The position numbers and the translations under genes are program-made. From assembly GCA_045536095.1 (NCBI GenBank), contig JAZSMW010000121.1:1-35833 (forward strand): DNA of 35,833 nucleotides, written 5' to 3'. This stretch comes from Clostridia bacterium. GTDB lineage: Bacteria; Bacillota; Clostridia; Christensenellales; UBA1242. The notes below the pieces were generated by a model. The model was given only the letters and a program-made list of their open reading frames with translations, ran no database searches and was not told the DNA's origin. Positions 18,433 to 27,307 of this stretch are shown here, one piece after another (the first letter of the stretch is position 1; each line of letters starts with the position of its first letter).

Positions 18433-18638
18433 GATTTTATTGTTTCTCCTTAATACGACTTAAACTTTAGTTTAAGTGCATGCTTGTACATATGTATGTT
18501 AACACAATTAATGTTTTTAATGCAAAACATTTAACTTATTATTTTGCTTTTTTTTATTTACATTTATTTTATAAAACCCAAAAGTTTTAATAAAGTTATT
18601 CTTATTTGTTATTGAATTTAACAAAATATCTCGCACAA

Positions 18639-18802
18639 ATAAAAAACCATCGCAATTTTAAATAAATTTAAAATTATGTATCTGTTTCACAAATACTCTT
18701 TTGCTATCCACAAAAGCGATGGCCCTTTGGTACGGGCGGAAATACTGCTAAAATCTTGCGAATAAATTCGCCGATTTACGATATTTCCTACTACATAAAA
18801 AA
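18639..18802 (+). repeat. Terminator-adjacent structured repeat, copy F (head type 2, divergent tail)
   Basis: The head is near-identical to copy B. The tail is GGAAATACTGCTAAAATCTTGCGAATAAATTCGCCGATTTACGATATTTCC, followed by CTACTACATAAAAAA. Confidence 0.9.
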
Positions 18803-18822
18803 CGGGCTCATAATTGAACCCG
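18797..18822 (-). terminator. Probable terminator of the holin-like gene / phage-like operon
   Basis: The stem is CGGGCTCA (18803-18810) / TGAACCCG (15-22) with one mismatch. The A-run at 18797-18802 is the U-tract on the minus strand. Confidence 0.5.
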
Positions 18823-18829
18823 ATTATAA

Positions 18830-19051
18830 TTATTCTTTTTTATCATTAGTGTTATCTTTACTTTGATCTTTGCCTTTTGGCTTCTGAACAATACCAAAAA
18901 CCACAAGCAAGCCACATATTGAAAGAATTATTTGTTCAACGCCTTTAACATTTATGCTTATGCCAAGGGTATCGTTTATTGCTATAAACAAAAGCCCAAC
19001 AGCTCCAGCAAGCGTTGTCCAAAACTTATAAGACTTAATTAGGTTTTTCAT
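18830..19051 (-). CDS. Small membrane protein, holin-like (73 aa)
   Basis: It has two hydrophobic segments and a charged Lys/Asp-rich C-terminus. It is the last gene of the phage-like operon. Confidence 0.5.
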   Translation of the reverse strand: MKNLIKSYKFWTTLAGAVGLLFIAINDTLGISINVKGVEQIILSICGLLVVFGIVQKPKGKDQSKDNTNDKKE

Positions 19052-19277
19052 CTTTTTTCCTTTTTGTTTGGTCGTTTTTTAACAAACATTTTTTAATTTT
19101 TGATACATCTTGTTTTATTTCGTCTACAGTATTTAAACTGCTCGATAAACAATCGATAATGTTTTGGTATTTTGTCTCTCTTTTTTTTGTATCCTTTAAA
19201 ACATAAACTAGTAGAGCCACAAACAAACATGCAAATATCCCATTGCTTAATGCAATGTTAAACACATCCGACCACAT
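19035..19277 (-). CDS. BhlA/UviB-family holin-like protein (80 aa)
   Basis: It has a single N-terminal TM segment, NGIFACLFVALLVYVLKDTKKRETKY, which resembles the BhlA signature (..FA.LF..LL.Y..K.sk.RE.K) as I remember it. A coiled C-terminus follows. Confidence 0.6.
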   Translation of the reverse strand: MWSDVFNIALSNGIFACLFVALLVYVLKDTKKRETKYQNIIDCLSSSLNTVDEIKQDVSKIKKCLLKNDQTKRKKDEKPN

Positions 19278-19280
19278 AAA

Positions 19281-20186
19281 CTATTTAAGTTGTAATTCCT
19301 CTAATAATTTATTATAGTTTTTGTTGCCCAATTGATTTATAAATGCACTGTTATTTTTAAGTTCGTTTATGGCATCTTCTTTACTCATTTGTGCAAAATA
19401 ATTTTTTGCAATTTCCAATTTTTCATTTTGTTTTAAAACATCAAATATGGCAGAGCCATACTTACCAATAAGTTCGGCTAAAGAAGTGGTTTTATCAAAG
19501 TTATCATCATTATTTTTTTTATCCCACTCTGCTTGAATTTGTGCTATTTGGTTGTTGTATTTAATAACATCTTGCTCGTTTTTATAAACTTCCTCATTTA
19601 TTCCGTCTATTTTTTCTTGCAATTTTACTGCATAGGCAATATCAAATGCATTTAGGGCATTTTGCTTTTGAGTTTGTAATAACGCCAAATCCCCGTTATA
19701 TGCATCTATTTTTTCATTAATTTGTTTTGCCTTTTCAGAAAGCTCGTTTAACATTTGCTGATCATGTTTTGCAAGCGTGTTAACAATTATACTAGAGCGA
19801 GCAAGACCTCTTTTTATTGCATCCTCTTTTGCCTCTTCTTTTACATTATCGTATGCACTTATTATGTTGTTTGTTTGATTTTTTAAATCTTCCTTTAAAT
19901 TGCTAATGCTTTTATTTGCTTGTTCTTGCTTTTCCAAATATTCATTATTTATAGAATCAATACCTGATGTTTTATACTCTTGCAAACTGTCTTTAGCCTT
20001 TTTTGATATTTCTTCGTCGGTTGGCTTTGAATAGTTCATTTTTTCCAAATTTAATTCATTTTCCCCTTTTGCAAGTGTATTATATTTGTTATCTATTGCA
20101 CCAAACTGGTCAAAAATCGCTTTTGTTTTTGCTGTTGTCGTTTTTAATTTGTTTGTTGTGTCTTCATCAAAAATATATTGATACAT
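19281..20186 (-). CDS. Phage-like coiled-coil structural protein (301 aa), positioned like a tail needle, plug or ejection protein
   Basis: The sequence has long heptad-like, K/E/Q/N-rich stretches. It sits after the putative tail hub gene. The call is by position only. Confidence 0.35.
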   Translation of the reverse strand: MYQYIFDEDTTNKLKTTTAKTKAIFDQFGAIDNKYNTLAKGENELNLEKMNYSKPTDEEISKKAKDSLQEYKTSGIDSINNEYLEKQEQANKSISNLKEDLKNQTNNIISAYDNVKEEAKEDAIKRGLARSSIIVNTLAKHDQQMLNELSEKAKQINEKIDAYNGDLALLQTQKQNALNAFDIAYAVKLQEKIDGINEEVYKNEQDVIKYNNQIAQIQAEWDKKNNDDNFDKTTSLAELIGKYGSAIFDVLKQNEKLEIAKNYFAQMSKEDAINELKNNSAFINQLGNKNYNKLLEELQLK

Positions 20187-20261
20187 TGTCTTCTCCTTTT
20201 AGGAATTTTTGTTTGTTGTACCTTTTAAAAATTAGTTTTAATAAATTATAATCTATAATCA

Positions 20262-21761
20262 TTAATTTGAAATCCCCACCATAATAACCGGGCAAGAAAT
20301 TTCGGTTTCTCCAGCTTCATCAACCATAAAACCCACTTCTATTTGCTCTCCACTTAAGTTTAATTTTATTCTTTGAGCTATTTCACTACCCTTTATAAAA
20401 AATTCTTTACACTGCTTATTTGTGTTTATTTTAATTTTGCAATTACCCTTAGTTTTTATTAAACACTCTTTAATGCGTTTTATTTTGCTTGGGTATCCCA
20501 TGCTACTTTTTGGGCTAATCCATTTTTTTGGCAATACTGTGCCAAAAACACAACCATCTGTTGTTAGTTCGCCAAGTTTGCCCGAATGTTCTCCGTTAAA
20601 GCAGGCAACAACTTTGCCAAACGATCCATCATCTAAAGCAAGCATAGACGCAATATCCACACCTCTGGTAATAGAAAGCTCATTTGTAGAAAGATCAATT
20701 TCTAAAAGTGCATTATTTATATAGCCGTTAGAATAATTTTCGCAACCTATTTTTTCGCCGTCATTAAAGTTTAATCTACAAGCCAATAAAAATTTATTGT
20801 TGAAATAAACAGCACATGCATTTTCATTGTTTACACCATCAAATAAACTATCTATCCCTAAATTTATTTTTTGAGTTGAGTACCCATCAAACACGTGCAC
20901 GCCATCTCTAGCAAGAAGTAAAACTTTATTGCCACAAAGCGTTGCTGTGTTGCCATATAGCTTAACGCTAGATGTAAACAATTGTGAAACGCTAAAATCT
21001 TGCTGATCTCCATATGCCGAAAGCCTTGTTACACCAAAATCCCTAAATACATAAACGTAATCGTTATATGAAATAACAGAACTTAGCCCGCCTCTCTCGT
21101 CTTGCATTTCTATAAAGCCACCTCCAGATAAGTCTTCTGTCCAATCTGTTGGATCTAAATTTGCCGAAAATGCTAAGCGGTTTCTTTCCCCGCCAACAAC
21201 TGCAAATAATCGTTCATAATGCAAACACATCGATTTTATATATGGGCTGTCTTCCACCTTTTGAATAGACTGATTTTGTGCATACTTCCACATACCGTCT
21301 GTTTCACTTGAAATTATTAATGTGTCGATAGAGTTTAATCTGTAATTTAGTGCGTTTGGAACACTAGTTAATGTTGTGTTTATATCTAATATTCCAACAA
21401 GTGGGCTATTAGATTTTAACAAACACGTTCTTACTTCTCCATTTTCGCAAAACATTATTAACTCATTATTGGCAGACTGTGTATCGGGATCAAAATATTT
21501 ATAGTGCCACAATTTTTTTACTGGGCTTGAAGGAGGAATAATTTCTCTTTGCCCACCACTTTTGTTTGGCAAACATAAGTTTTTAAAACCATAACCATTG
21601 GTTAAGCTTCCTTTTTTTACATTAAAATTGTAAGATATTTTTGCTTTTTTATATGGAAGCAATGCCTCATCCACTTCGGTATCCATTGAAGCTTCAAAAT
21701 TTGTAAAGTTAATTTGTGCATTTGTAACTTGTTTTTTAGGAGTTACTCTTGGATAAATCAT
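20262..21761 (-). CDS. Phage-like tail hub/nozzle candidate (499 aa, beta-rich)
   Basis: Size and position after the adaptor-like gene parallel P22 gp10 / T7 gp12. The sequence is beta-strand-rich with repeated G/D/Y/F turns. No Walker A motif is present, so it is not a terminase. Confidence 0.4.
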   Translation of the reverse strand: MIYPRVTPKKQVTNAQINFTNFEASMDTEVDEALLPYKKAKISYNFNVKKGSLTNGYGFKNLCLPNKSGGQREIIPPSSPVKKLWHYKYFDPDTQSANNELIMFCENGEVRTCLLKSNSPLVGILDINTTLTSVPNALNYRLNSIDTLIISSETDGMWKYAQNQSIQKVEDSPYIKSMCLHYERLFAVVGGERNRLAFSANLDPTDWTEDLSGGGFIEMQDERGGLSSVISYNDYVYVFRDFGVTRLSAYGDQQDFSVSQLFTSSVKLYGNTATLCGNKVLLLARDGVHVFDGYSTQKINLGIDSLFDGVNNENACAVYFNNKFLLACRLNFNDGEKIGCENYSNGYINNALLEIDLSTNELSITRGVDIASMLALDDGSFGKVVACFNGEHSGKLGELTTDGCVFGTVLPKKWISPKSSMGYPSKIKRIKECLIKTKGNCKIKINTNKQCKEFFIKGSEIAQRIKLNLSGEQIEVGFMVDEAGETEISCPVIMVGISN

Positions 21762-22331
21762 TTAAAACCATCCTCTTTTTTTAAGTTTAAGTTCTCCCTT
21801 TTTTCTTGCATTTACAAATAGCGCATTTTTAAACCTGTTTTCCCATATTGTAGCATCTTCATAAAGCATCTCTAAAAAACAAAACTCGCTTGCAACACCA
21901 TAAGCAAGTATGCGTGCAGAAAGTTTACCACCAAATGTTTCTGCTTCGCTTTCGAGTGTTATTTTTGTTGGATGAGCCTTATATGTTACTACAACATTCG
22001 TTGCAAAACAAATCACCTTATTGTTAATTAATTTATACTTTAACTCTCTTCCAAATTTAGATTTTATACTTACAATTTCATGAATGTTTGGATCTATTTC
22101 AAAAACTTCTATTTGACCATTTTGCAGGGTCATTTCTTTTTGCCTTAAAAGCGGAATATATTCAGTTGCAATTTCTTCTGTAACTAAATTAATACAGTTT
22201 ACCATTTTGCCTATTTCCAAATTTTCTTGGTTGGTTAAACTTGTTCCACCCTCTTCAAATAAATTACTATTTAATATTTCTTCTTTTCCTAAATACACAC
22301 AAACATTTTTAATTATTTCTTTTGCTTTCAA
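21762..22331 (-). CDS. Phage-like head-tail adaptor candidate (189 aa)
   Basis: Its position downstream of the capsid gene and its size are comparable to P22 gp4 / T7 gp11. It overlaps the upstream ORF by 23 nt, which suggests translational coupling. Confidence 0.35.
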   Translation of the reverse strand: MKAKEIIKNVCVYLGKEEILNSNLFEEGGTSLTNQENLEIGKMVNCINLVTEEIATEYIPLLRQKEMTLQNGQIEVFEIDPNIHEIVSIKSKFGRELKYKLINNKVICFATNVVVTYKAHPTKITLESEAETFGGKLSARILAYGVASEFCFLEMLYEDATIWENRFKNALFVNARKKGELKLKKRGWF

Positions 22332-22641
22332 TATTTTTCTCCATTTGCTCTAATAAATTTTTTTGCTCTTTTTTTAAAAGGAGAGCATTTTCGTTTTCAA
22401 TTTCTTGTAAATATTTTTCTCGATTTTGAATTTCGCTTTTTTGAATATGTATCAACATTCGCTCATCTATTTGGTTAAACGGGAATGTTAAAGAATACTC
22501 ACAGGGTTTTAAACTGTTTTCTTTTATTTTTAACACATACTTTTTAGTTTTTATGTTATAAAAAACCCTATAGTGCTTATTCCATGCTTTAATTCTTTTT
22601 ATTATTCCTAGAGCATCGCTCTTTATTTCAAATTGTTCCAT
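22309..22641 (-). CDS. Phage-like hypothetical protein (110 aa)
   Basis: ORF track. It lies between the capsid and adaptor-like genes and has a coiled C-terminus. Confidence 0.45.
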   Translation of the reverse strand: MEQFEIKSDALGIIKRIKAWNKHYRVFYNIKTKKYVLKIKENSLKPCEYSLTFPFNQIDERMLIHIQKSEIQNREKYLQEIENENALLLKKEQKNLLEQMEKNIESKRNN

Positions 22642-22767
22642 TTACCCTCCTTTTTTAGAGCATTTTTATTGGTTTGAATTTTCAAAACATACCAAAAAAG
22701 TATGCGGTTTTATTCTAGCCAAATAACCATTGTTTTCTTTTGTTAAACAATTGAACAAAAAAATTAA

Positions 22768-23964
22768 TTAAGCGTTTACAACTGTTGTAAATGGATTAGT
22801 TACAGTGCTAGAAATACCAGTAATTTTTGCCTGTCCATTAGGTTTGTCGCAAATTAAATCTGCGTATTTAACTAATGTTGCACTGTAAGTTGGGAATCCC
22901 ATATTTTGACGAATAACTCTTCCGTCTTCACCTTCTAACCATTTCCAGTCGCATAATTGATGAAGTGTAAAGTCATCTGTATTTAATAAATACATTGTGT
23001 CATCAGCAACAAATCTATCTGCCACAAGAGGAATTCCATTATAAGAAATTGCCTTGTAACCACCGTTTAGTTCTTGAATATCAATATTTCTTCTATATGC
23101 ACCTAAATATTCTTGATAAGCTCGTCTTACTGCGCTTGAACACGCAATGTAATTAATGTTAGAGCCTGAAACTTCATCTAAAAAGTCAATTGCGCTTTGA
23201 ATTAATCCATCGCTAATTTCTCCAGCTTCCGTTTTAATATATGGTGAAAGCCAAGGAAATTCAGATCTTTTTAAACCATAAAGAGTTTCAGAATTAGAAA
23301 ATAATTTACCAAGCCCGGTTATTTCAAAATCTTTAGAGTTTTGAACATAAATTTTGTCACCTACTGCAAGTTCTATTTCAGTGTCTAAATAAACCGCTTT
23401 GTTTACTCTGTCAACATATTTAATTCTTACACCACTTTTTGCTTCTACTTTTGCATCTTGAGTATAAACATCAATAACCATACCCTCTATTAAATTTTTA
23501 ACAGAATCACATGTTATTGCTTTTGTTTCACTATCAAATGCACTAACAGTTGCAAGTAGCCCTGTGCCATCACCATAAAGCATACGACCAAAGTTAAATG
23601 AAGATGCCTTAATTAACCCCTCCATTTCATCGTTTAAAAGATTTACAAATGCCCCTGCATTGTTTTCTGATGCTCTTATTGCTTTGTCAGAAAGTTCAAT
23701 TTTGCCATATAAATTTTTAAGCTCTGAAATAAATTGAACATAGTTGTTTCCAGCGGCCTTTGGCAAAGCATCTGTTTCTGCCCCAGCACCAATACCACCA
23801 TTAATTCCATATGGAGCAAGTTTTCTTACTTCTTTGCCCCAAACATCTTTTGTAGATTGTTTAATTTTTCCAAGAAGTGGGTTTGCATTAATATTTAATT
23901 GGTTAGAAACCACTCCAAGGTAAACTGTTTTTAATGCGCTTTCTGCGCTTTGTAAAGTAACCAT
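22768..23964 (-). CDS. Major capsid protein candidate (HK97-fold expected, 398 aa)
   Basis: It lies immediately downstream of an acidic helical scaffold-like gene and the portal gene. The size is typical and the sequence is rich in G/A/N/T. Confidence 0.6.
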   Translation of the reverse strand: MVTLQSAESALKTVYLGVVSNQLNINANPLLGKIKQSTKDVWGKEVRKLAPYGINGGIGAGAETDALPKAAGNNYVQFISELKNLYGKIELSDKAIRASENNAGAFVNLLNDEMEGLIKASSFNFGRMLYGDGTGLLATVSAFDSETKAITCDSVKNLIEGMVIDVYTQDAKVEAKSGVRIKYVDRVNKAVYLDTEIELAVGDKIYVQNSKDFEITGLGKLFSNSETLYGLKRSEFPWLSPYIKTEAGEISDGLIQSAIDFLDEVSGSNINYIACSSAVRRAYQEYLGAYRRNIDIQELNGGYKAISYNGIPLVADRFVADDTMYLLNTDDFTLHQLCDWKWLEGEDGRVIRQNMGFPTYSATLVKYADLICDKPNGQAKITGISSTVTNPFTTVVNA

Positions 23965-23968
23965 TTTT

Positions 23969-24640
23969 TTATCCTTTTAAATTAAATAGTTTCTCCACCA
24001 TTTGTTTTGCCTCCATCATGGTTGTTGGCTCTTTTTTTTGAATTCCTGCAACCACTCCAGTTTTTGCAATAACTGGTGGAGTTTTTGTGTTTTGTAAATT
24101 TTTAAAGTATTCATCTAATACTTGCTTTTTAACTTGCTCTTGACTCAAAATTTTTTCATTTATGAAGTTTTGATCATTCGCCAACGTTTGCGGGTTCTTG
24201 TAATTATCTTTCATTACTCTAGCCCAAGCAAGCTCTAAGGCATGCGGAGATGATTGTAAACTTTTGTCTTTTAAAATTTCGTTTGCAATATCCCCAGAAT
24301 ACTCTTTAGCCTCAGAATTTTGCTTTAAAAAAGTAGATACATTTTGCTTCCAATCGTCACTTTCGTAAACTGGAAATGTCTCTACTTTTTCACTTTTACC
24401 TTGCTCTTGCTTTTGCCCCTCGAGAAGGCTACTCACTTCGCTTAGTTTTTGACACTTTTTAGTAAACTCTGCCTGCAAATTGTTATAGGCCATAAGCAAA
24501 CTTTGAGCGTCTTTAAATTTTCCTAGGGAGCCATCATTCTCTTGCGTTAAAGCAGTACCTTCTTCCTCTTCTTTAACAATTTCACTTTGTACATTAACCT
24601 CAAGATCAAGCGGTTGTTCCCCGTTTATTTTTTCTTCCAT
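23969..24640 (-). CDS. Capsid scaffolding protein candidate (223 aa)
   Basis: It is acidic, E/K/Q-rich and looks helical. It sits between the portal and capsid genes with 3-4 nt gaps. Confidence 0.55.
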   Translation of the reverse strand: MEEKINGEQPLDLEVNVQSEIVKEEEEGTALTQENDGSLGKFKDAQSLLMAYNNLQAEFTKKCQKLSEVSSLLEGQKQEQGKSEKVETFPVYESDDWKQNVSTFLKQNSEAKEYSGDIANEILKDKSLQSSPHALELAWARVMKDNYKNPQTLANDQNFINEKILSQEQVKKQVLDEYFKNLQNTKTPPVIAKTGVVAGIQKKEPTTMMEAKQMVEKLFNLKG

Positions 24641-24643
24641 ATT

Positions 24644-26524
24644 TTATATTCCCTTTTTATTATCATTATTTGTTAAACCATTTTGCATTGCATCAAACTC
24701 TTTGTGTTTTCTTATATGTTCTAAAATGTTTTGTTCAATTTTTTCACTGGTTTTCTTTTCGTACTCACCACTTAGCATAAATGCAATATGCTCATCTATG
24801 TGTAATTTATGATTATCTATTTCTTTAACTTGTGGCATTTGCCCCTCAATAAATTCTGCATTTTCTGCCGAAGCCTTTTTTTGATGTAATTCATTTATGT
24901 CTTGTGCGCTTTCCCACACACCAAACCCTAAAAGTTCTAATGCTTTAATTCTCATACGATTAGACAATTTTCCATTTTCATCTTGAAGTAGTCCTGCCTT
25001 TAATAAATCAAAAACCATGCTACGACGCTGAGCCAAAGACTCATTTAATTCTGTATCCGTTTCAAAGTTTACCTCATCGCTAGAGATATCCGATGATGAG
25101 AAATACATAACCTCTAATTCACCATGATCTCCAACAATTTTTAAAAGCCTTGGCACAGTGGCAAATTGTTTATAAAGCCTTAAAATATGTTTTGCCATCT
25201 GCTTTATTGCAAACTTTAATTGATCACTTGTTACAGAAATTCTAGTTTCATCTTGCTCAATTAAAAGTTGAAGAGCAACACCGCTCATATTTGCATAAGT
25301 TGAAGTGTTATTAAGGATATCCGACACTCCAGATATTGTTTTAAATTCATCTAAAAGTCGCTGTTCTTCTAGGGTAAAATCTGCTGGCACGTTTGTGTTA
25401 GCCATAAAGTTTGGAGCATTTGCGCCTTGCCTATATACTAAAATTTTCCCTGGAGACAATCCCTCCTCTTCTAAATTATCAACATCCACAGAGCCATCTT
25501 CAACGGTTAAAACACCCATAGATAGCCTATTCAAAAATTCGTGTTTCCTATTCTTTACTGCATTATAGGCTCGTTGAATAGGTATAACTCTTTCTATAAT
25601 TGAAGTGCCCCAAAAACATCCCGTTTGTTCAATACAAACCTGTTGAATAAATGGAAAAGTTCTTTCGCCGTCTGCACCATTTTTATATGGTAATTCTCCA
25701 ACATATAGTAACTCATCACCAGCAACAATAATTAACCTGCCATTTGGATATTCAATGCTCGGCTTTTCATATTTTTCTATAACTATTGCATAGTTACATT
25801 TTTTTGTATTGATTATTTTTGTAGCCTGCGAATTATATCCAAGCCCACCAATTCCCGAATTTGAATTGTCTAATGAGAACACATTTATGTCCTCACCTTC
25901 TACTTTTTTACCCCAAATTGCCTCAATATCATTAACATGATAAGCCTTTGCATGTATTATACTTTTTGAGTCTTCTAACGTACTTGTTGTACTTTCTGGA
26001 AATATTTCAAACGGTGTGCATACGGCAATGTTCACATCACCCATTTTTAAACTTTTTCCAGTGTCATCTTTTGCATAGGTTATGCCCTTATCGTTATCCC
26101 AAAATATTTTGTAAAAAACTGTTCCTGTAACTTCGCTCCATTTTGTTGCTTCAGATATTAATTTAGACATTTCCTCCTTCTTGTATATTGCGTTAACAAT
26201 TTTTTTAGAAAGTTTAGCGGTTTTTACATCCGATTCATCATTAGACACGGGAACAATTGTCATTGTTGGCCTAATTGTATGCAATTTTGCTAACCTTGCC
26301 TCAACAATTGACGCAATATGGTTAAAAACTTCTCGTTGTTGCCAAAAATATTCTTTGTCAAACTCTTCTATTTCGTGATTATAGCCAATGCTACAATACT
26401 GATTACCCATTAAAAAGTTCATGTTCAACTGCCATTGGGCATCAAACGCCTTACGTTCTTGTTGCCTCTTTTTAAAATCATTTTTAATATTTTCAACTAG
26501 TAACTGTTCTTCTTTTTTCTTCAT
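24644..26524 (-). CDS. Portal protein candidate (626 aa)
   Basis: Size and position upstream of scaffold and capsid fit a portal. The N-terminal W..N..F..GNQY-type motif is common in podovirus portals as I remember it. No Walker A motif is present. Confidence 0.6.
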   Translation of the reverse strand: MKKKEEQLLVENIKNDFKKRQQERKAFDAQWQLNMNFLMGNQYCSIGYNHEIEEFDKEYFWQQREVFNHIASIVEARLAKLHTIRPTMTIVPVSNDESDVKTAKLSKKIVNAIYKKEEMSKLISEATKWSEVTGTVFYKIFWDNDKGITYAKDDTGKSLKMGDVNIAVCTPFEIFPESTTSTLEDSKSIIHAKAYHVNDIEAIWGKKVEGEDINVFSLDNSNSGIGGLGYNSQATKIINTKKCNYAIVIEKYEKPSIEYPNGRLIIVAGDELLYVGELPYKNGADGERTFPFIQQVCIEQTGCFWGTSIIERVIPIQRAYNAVKNRKHEFLNRLSMGVLTVEDGSVDVDNLEEEGLSPGKILVYRQGANAPNFMANTNVPADFTLEEQRLLDEFKTISGVSDILNNTSTYANMSGVALQLLIEQDETRISVTSDQLKFAIKQMAKHILRLYKQFATVPRLLKIVGDHGELEVMYFSSSDISSDEVNFETDTELNESLAQRRSMVFDLLKAGLLQDENGKLSNRMRIKALELLGFGVWESAQDINELHQKKASAENAEFIEGQMPQVKEIDNHKLHIDEHIAFMLSGEYEKKTSEKIEQNILEHIRKHKEFDAMQNGLTNNDNKKGI

Positions 26525-26528
26525 TTAT

Positions 26529-26738
26529 TTACCTCAATTTTTTTTGTTTTTTAAAGGGTGCATCAACGCTTTTAGGCGTTGTAAACTTTGCGTATGTTTC
26601 ATATATTTTTTTTAAACAATCTTCACACAAACACATCTTTTTCTTGCTATCGCTTAAAAATTCCAAAGAAAATTCTGCCAAGTTTTTACACCCAGAAAAA
26701 TCGCATTTAATTTTGTTAGATATTTTTTGTAAAATCAA
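26529..26738 (-). CDS. Small Cys-rich (zinc-ribbon-like) protein (69 aa)
   Basis: The Cys pattern is C-x4-C ... C-x-C-x2-C. It has a TTG start with an AAGGTAGGG RBS. It occupies the slot where a large terminase would be expected. Confidence 0.45.
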   Translation of the reverse strand: MILQKISNKIKCDFSGCKNLAEFSLEFLSDSKKKMCLCEDCLKKIYETYAKFTTPKSVDAPFKKQKKLR

Positions 26739-26754
26739 TTTTTGCCCTACCTTT

Positions 26755-27096
26755 TTAATTATTTTGTTCTTCTTGCGGTTTATCTTCTAAAACCCTTTGC
26801 AACATATTTACATTTGTTAATTTTTGATACTCCTTAAAAAGCCTTATCATTTCTGCATCTAATTCTTCATCTGTCATATTTTCAAAAGTTCCTGATTCAT
26901 TAAAAAACTCCAATAACATTTTAGAAGCAGTCATGTCTCCAGGAACATATTTTTTTGTAATCTTTTTTTTAGTTAAACATTCTTTGCCATCTTCGTAAGA
27001 ATATTCCTCAACAATTTCGTCAGCATAATATCCAACCGCCTTTTTTAAAAGAGCCTCTTTAATTTTTTTTAATTTACTTTTTTCTATTTCACCCAA
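26755..27096 (-). CDS. Small phage protein, possible small terminase subunit or DNA-binding protein (113 aa)
   Basis: I trimmed the ORF to the TTG at 27096, 6 nt after an AAGGAGG RBS. The motif A.GYYADE..EEY..EDGKE...KK.TKKYVPGD..ASK.LLE resembles Firmicute phage TerS-like proteins as I remember them. Confidence 0.4.
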   Translation of the reverse strand: MGEIEKSKLKKIKEALLKKAVGYYADEIVEEYSYEDGKECLTKKKITKKYVPGDMTASKMLLEFFNESGTFENMTDEELDAEMIRLFKEYQKLTNVNMLQRVLEDKPQEEQNN

Positions 27097-27251
27097 CACA
27101 ATCCTCCTTTTTTTTAGGTTGTATTTTATAACCAAATACAAATTTTAAGCATTTTTTTTGCTTTCAAAAAAATTGTACTATGTTCATTTTAAAAACAAAA
27201 TACCCCCATGCCAATTTTTTTTATTTTTTATAATTTTTATATAAATCACTA

Positions 27252-27280
27252 TTGACTATTAACTGCCCGTGTGATATAAT
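27252..27280 (+). promoter_or_regulatory. Near-consensus extended -10 sigma-A promoter of the four-paralog operon
   Basis: The sequence reads TTGACT (27252-27257), a 17-nt spacer, then TGaTATAAT (27272-27280). An RBS (AAGAGGTGA) precedes the ATG at 27308. Confidence 0.8.
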
Positions 27281-27307
27281 TTCGCCAAAAGAAAAAAGAG
27301 GTGACTT

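Noticed and set aside
1874-18802. The repeats as integron attC sites, group II intron remnants or retron msr/msd.
   Set aside because: The flanking genes are housekeeping, in mixed orientation, with no intI. At 164 nt the element is far too short for an intron, and I see no domain V-like GAAA-capped catalytic hairpin. No reverse transcriptase gene adjoins any copy. These remain only distant analogies for the terminator-targeting behaviour.
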